From Bispira polyomma (taxonomy: Eukaryota), in contig OZ287748.1 in assembly GCA_965649765.1 (NCBI GenBank), positions 67,704,001-67,768,000 of the forward strand: a DNA stretch of 64,000 bases, read 5' to 3'. The notes below the pieces were generated by a model. That model made no database searches. It saw only the letters and a program-made list of their open reading frames with translations, and was not told the origin of the DNA. The translations under genes and the position numbers were made by a program. Shown here one piece after another: positions 63,345-64,000 of this stretch; position 1 is the stretch's first letter, and the number at the start of each line of letters is the position of its first letter.

Positions 63345-64000
63345 ATTTATAATGATAATTGAAAAATTTGTAGTGCGCCAAATTGATGAGAACATCTTCT
63401 AAGGAGCTGATATTAAAAAAAAAACGCTTGTAAAAAAAATGTCCAGGGGTAAGTAAAAGGTTGTTACCAGAAAGTATCCACCAAAGGAAGGATGACTAAG
63501 GAGGGAGTAGGCCAAACTGAAAAGGTAAGTTTTAAGATGGCTTCTAAAACCAGTGATTTTATCCTGTAATCTGATAGTCTGTGGGAGTTTGTTCCATGCA
63601 ATAGGAGCTGCAACAGCAAAGCAGCATCTGCCGATTTTTGTATTTGGTTGGGCAGAGGAAATGGAGAGGTGGTTTTCCCGGATAAAGCTACTAGATTTTA
63701 TGAGTGGGGACAAATTAGGAGGTTGTTTGAATTTAACAGCTTTGAGCACAATAAGGTTGTATTTAGAAAGAACACGCCATTCGACAGGTAGCCATTGTAG
63801 CTTTTTAGGTTTGTTGAGACATGGTGGAATTTATCAAGCTTGTACACAATTCAGCAGAGGGCATTATGGACTCTTTGTAGTACTGTTATATTCACCTTAC
63901 TAATACTGTACAGCAAGGAATTGATATAGGCTAGTTGACTGCTCACCATGGCATTTGCCGCCTGGACCGCAGTTTCAAGTCTGAGATACCTGCGTATTCT
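63345..64000 (-). mobile_element. L2 LINE ORF2 C-terminus and 3' tail, running off the window edge
   Basis: RIRRYL..TA..NAMVSSQLAYINSLL..LQRVHN, WLPVEWR, GRCCFAVAAPIAWNKLP..FRSHLKTYLF. Contains at least one stop and one frameshift. Confidence 0.9.

Overview
AT-rich, intron-containing animal genomic DNA, probably an invertebrate and plausibly a lophotrochozoan. That assignment is inferred from the SINE types and gene styles and cannot be proven here. There are two real protein-coding genes, both on the + strand. (1) A complete 9-coding-exon anion-type Cys-loop ligand-gated channel subunit (GlyR/GluCl-like, 443 aa), join(1498-1559,2543-2625,3389-3456,4177-4397,5325-5407,6009-6146,7738-7929,8364-8647,10105-10305). 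All introns are GT-AG and all phases are consistent. Its agonist site and pore are atypical (loop D Arg replaced by Tyr, 9' Val, 13' Ala), so it is a candidate orphan chloride channel. (2) A solitary 7-EC protocadherin (1077 aa), join(45925-48564,51836-52429). Its probable long 5' leader holds a chain of uORFs coupled by TAATG stop/start overlaps. The rest is intronic or intergenic DNA full of decayed mobile elements. These include a young tRNA-derived SINE with TSDs, a CORE-like SINE that shares its 3' stem-loop tail with in-window L2 LINEs, and DIRS, RTE and Tx1 remnants. There are also several MITE families and a hidden, decayed Ulp1-like protease plus PHD-finger ORF split by two retroposon insertions, one of which is a three-hairpin structured element. 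No prokaryotic systems, CRISPR arrays, rRNA or genuine tRNA genes were seen. All calls were made by eye without database searches.
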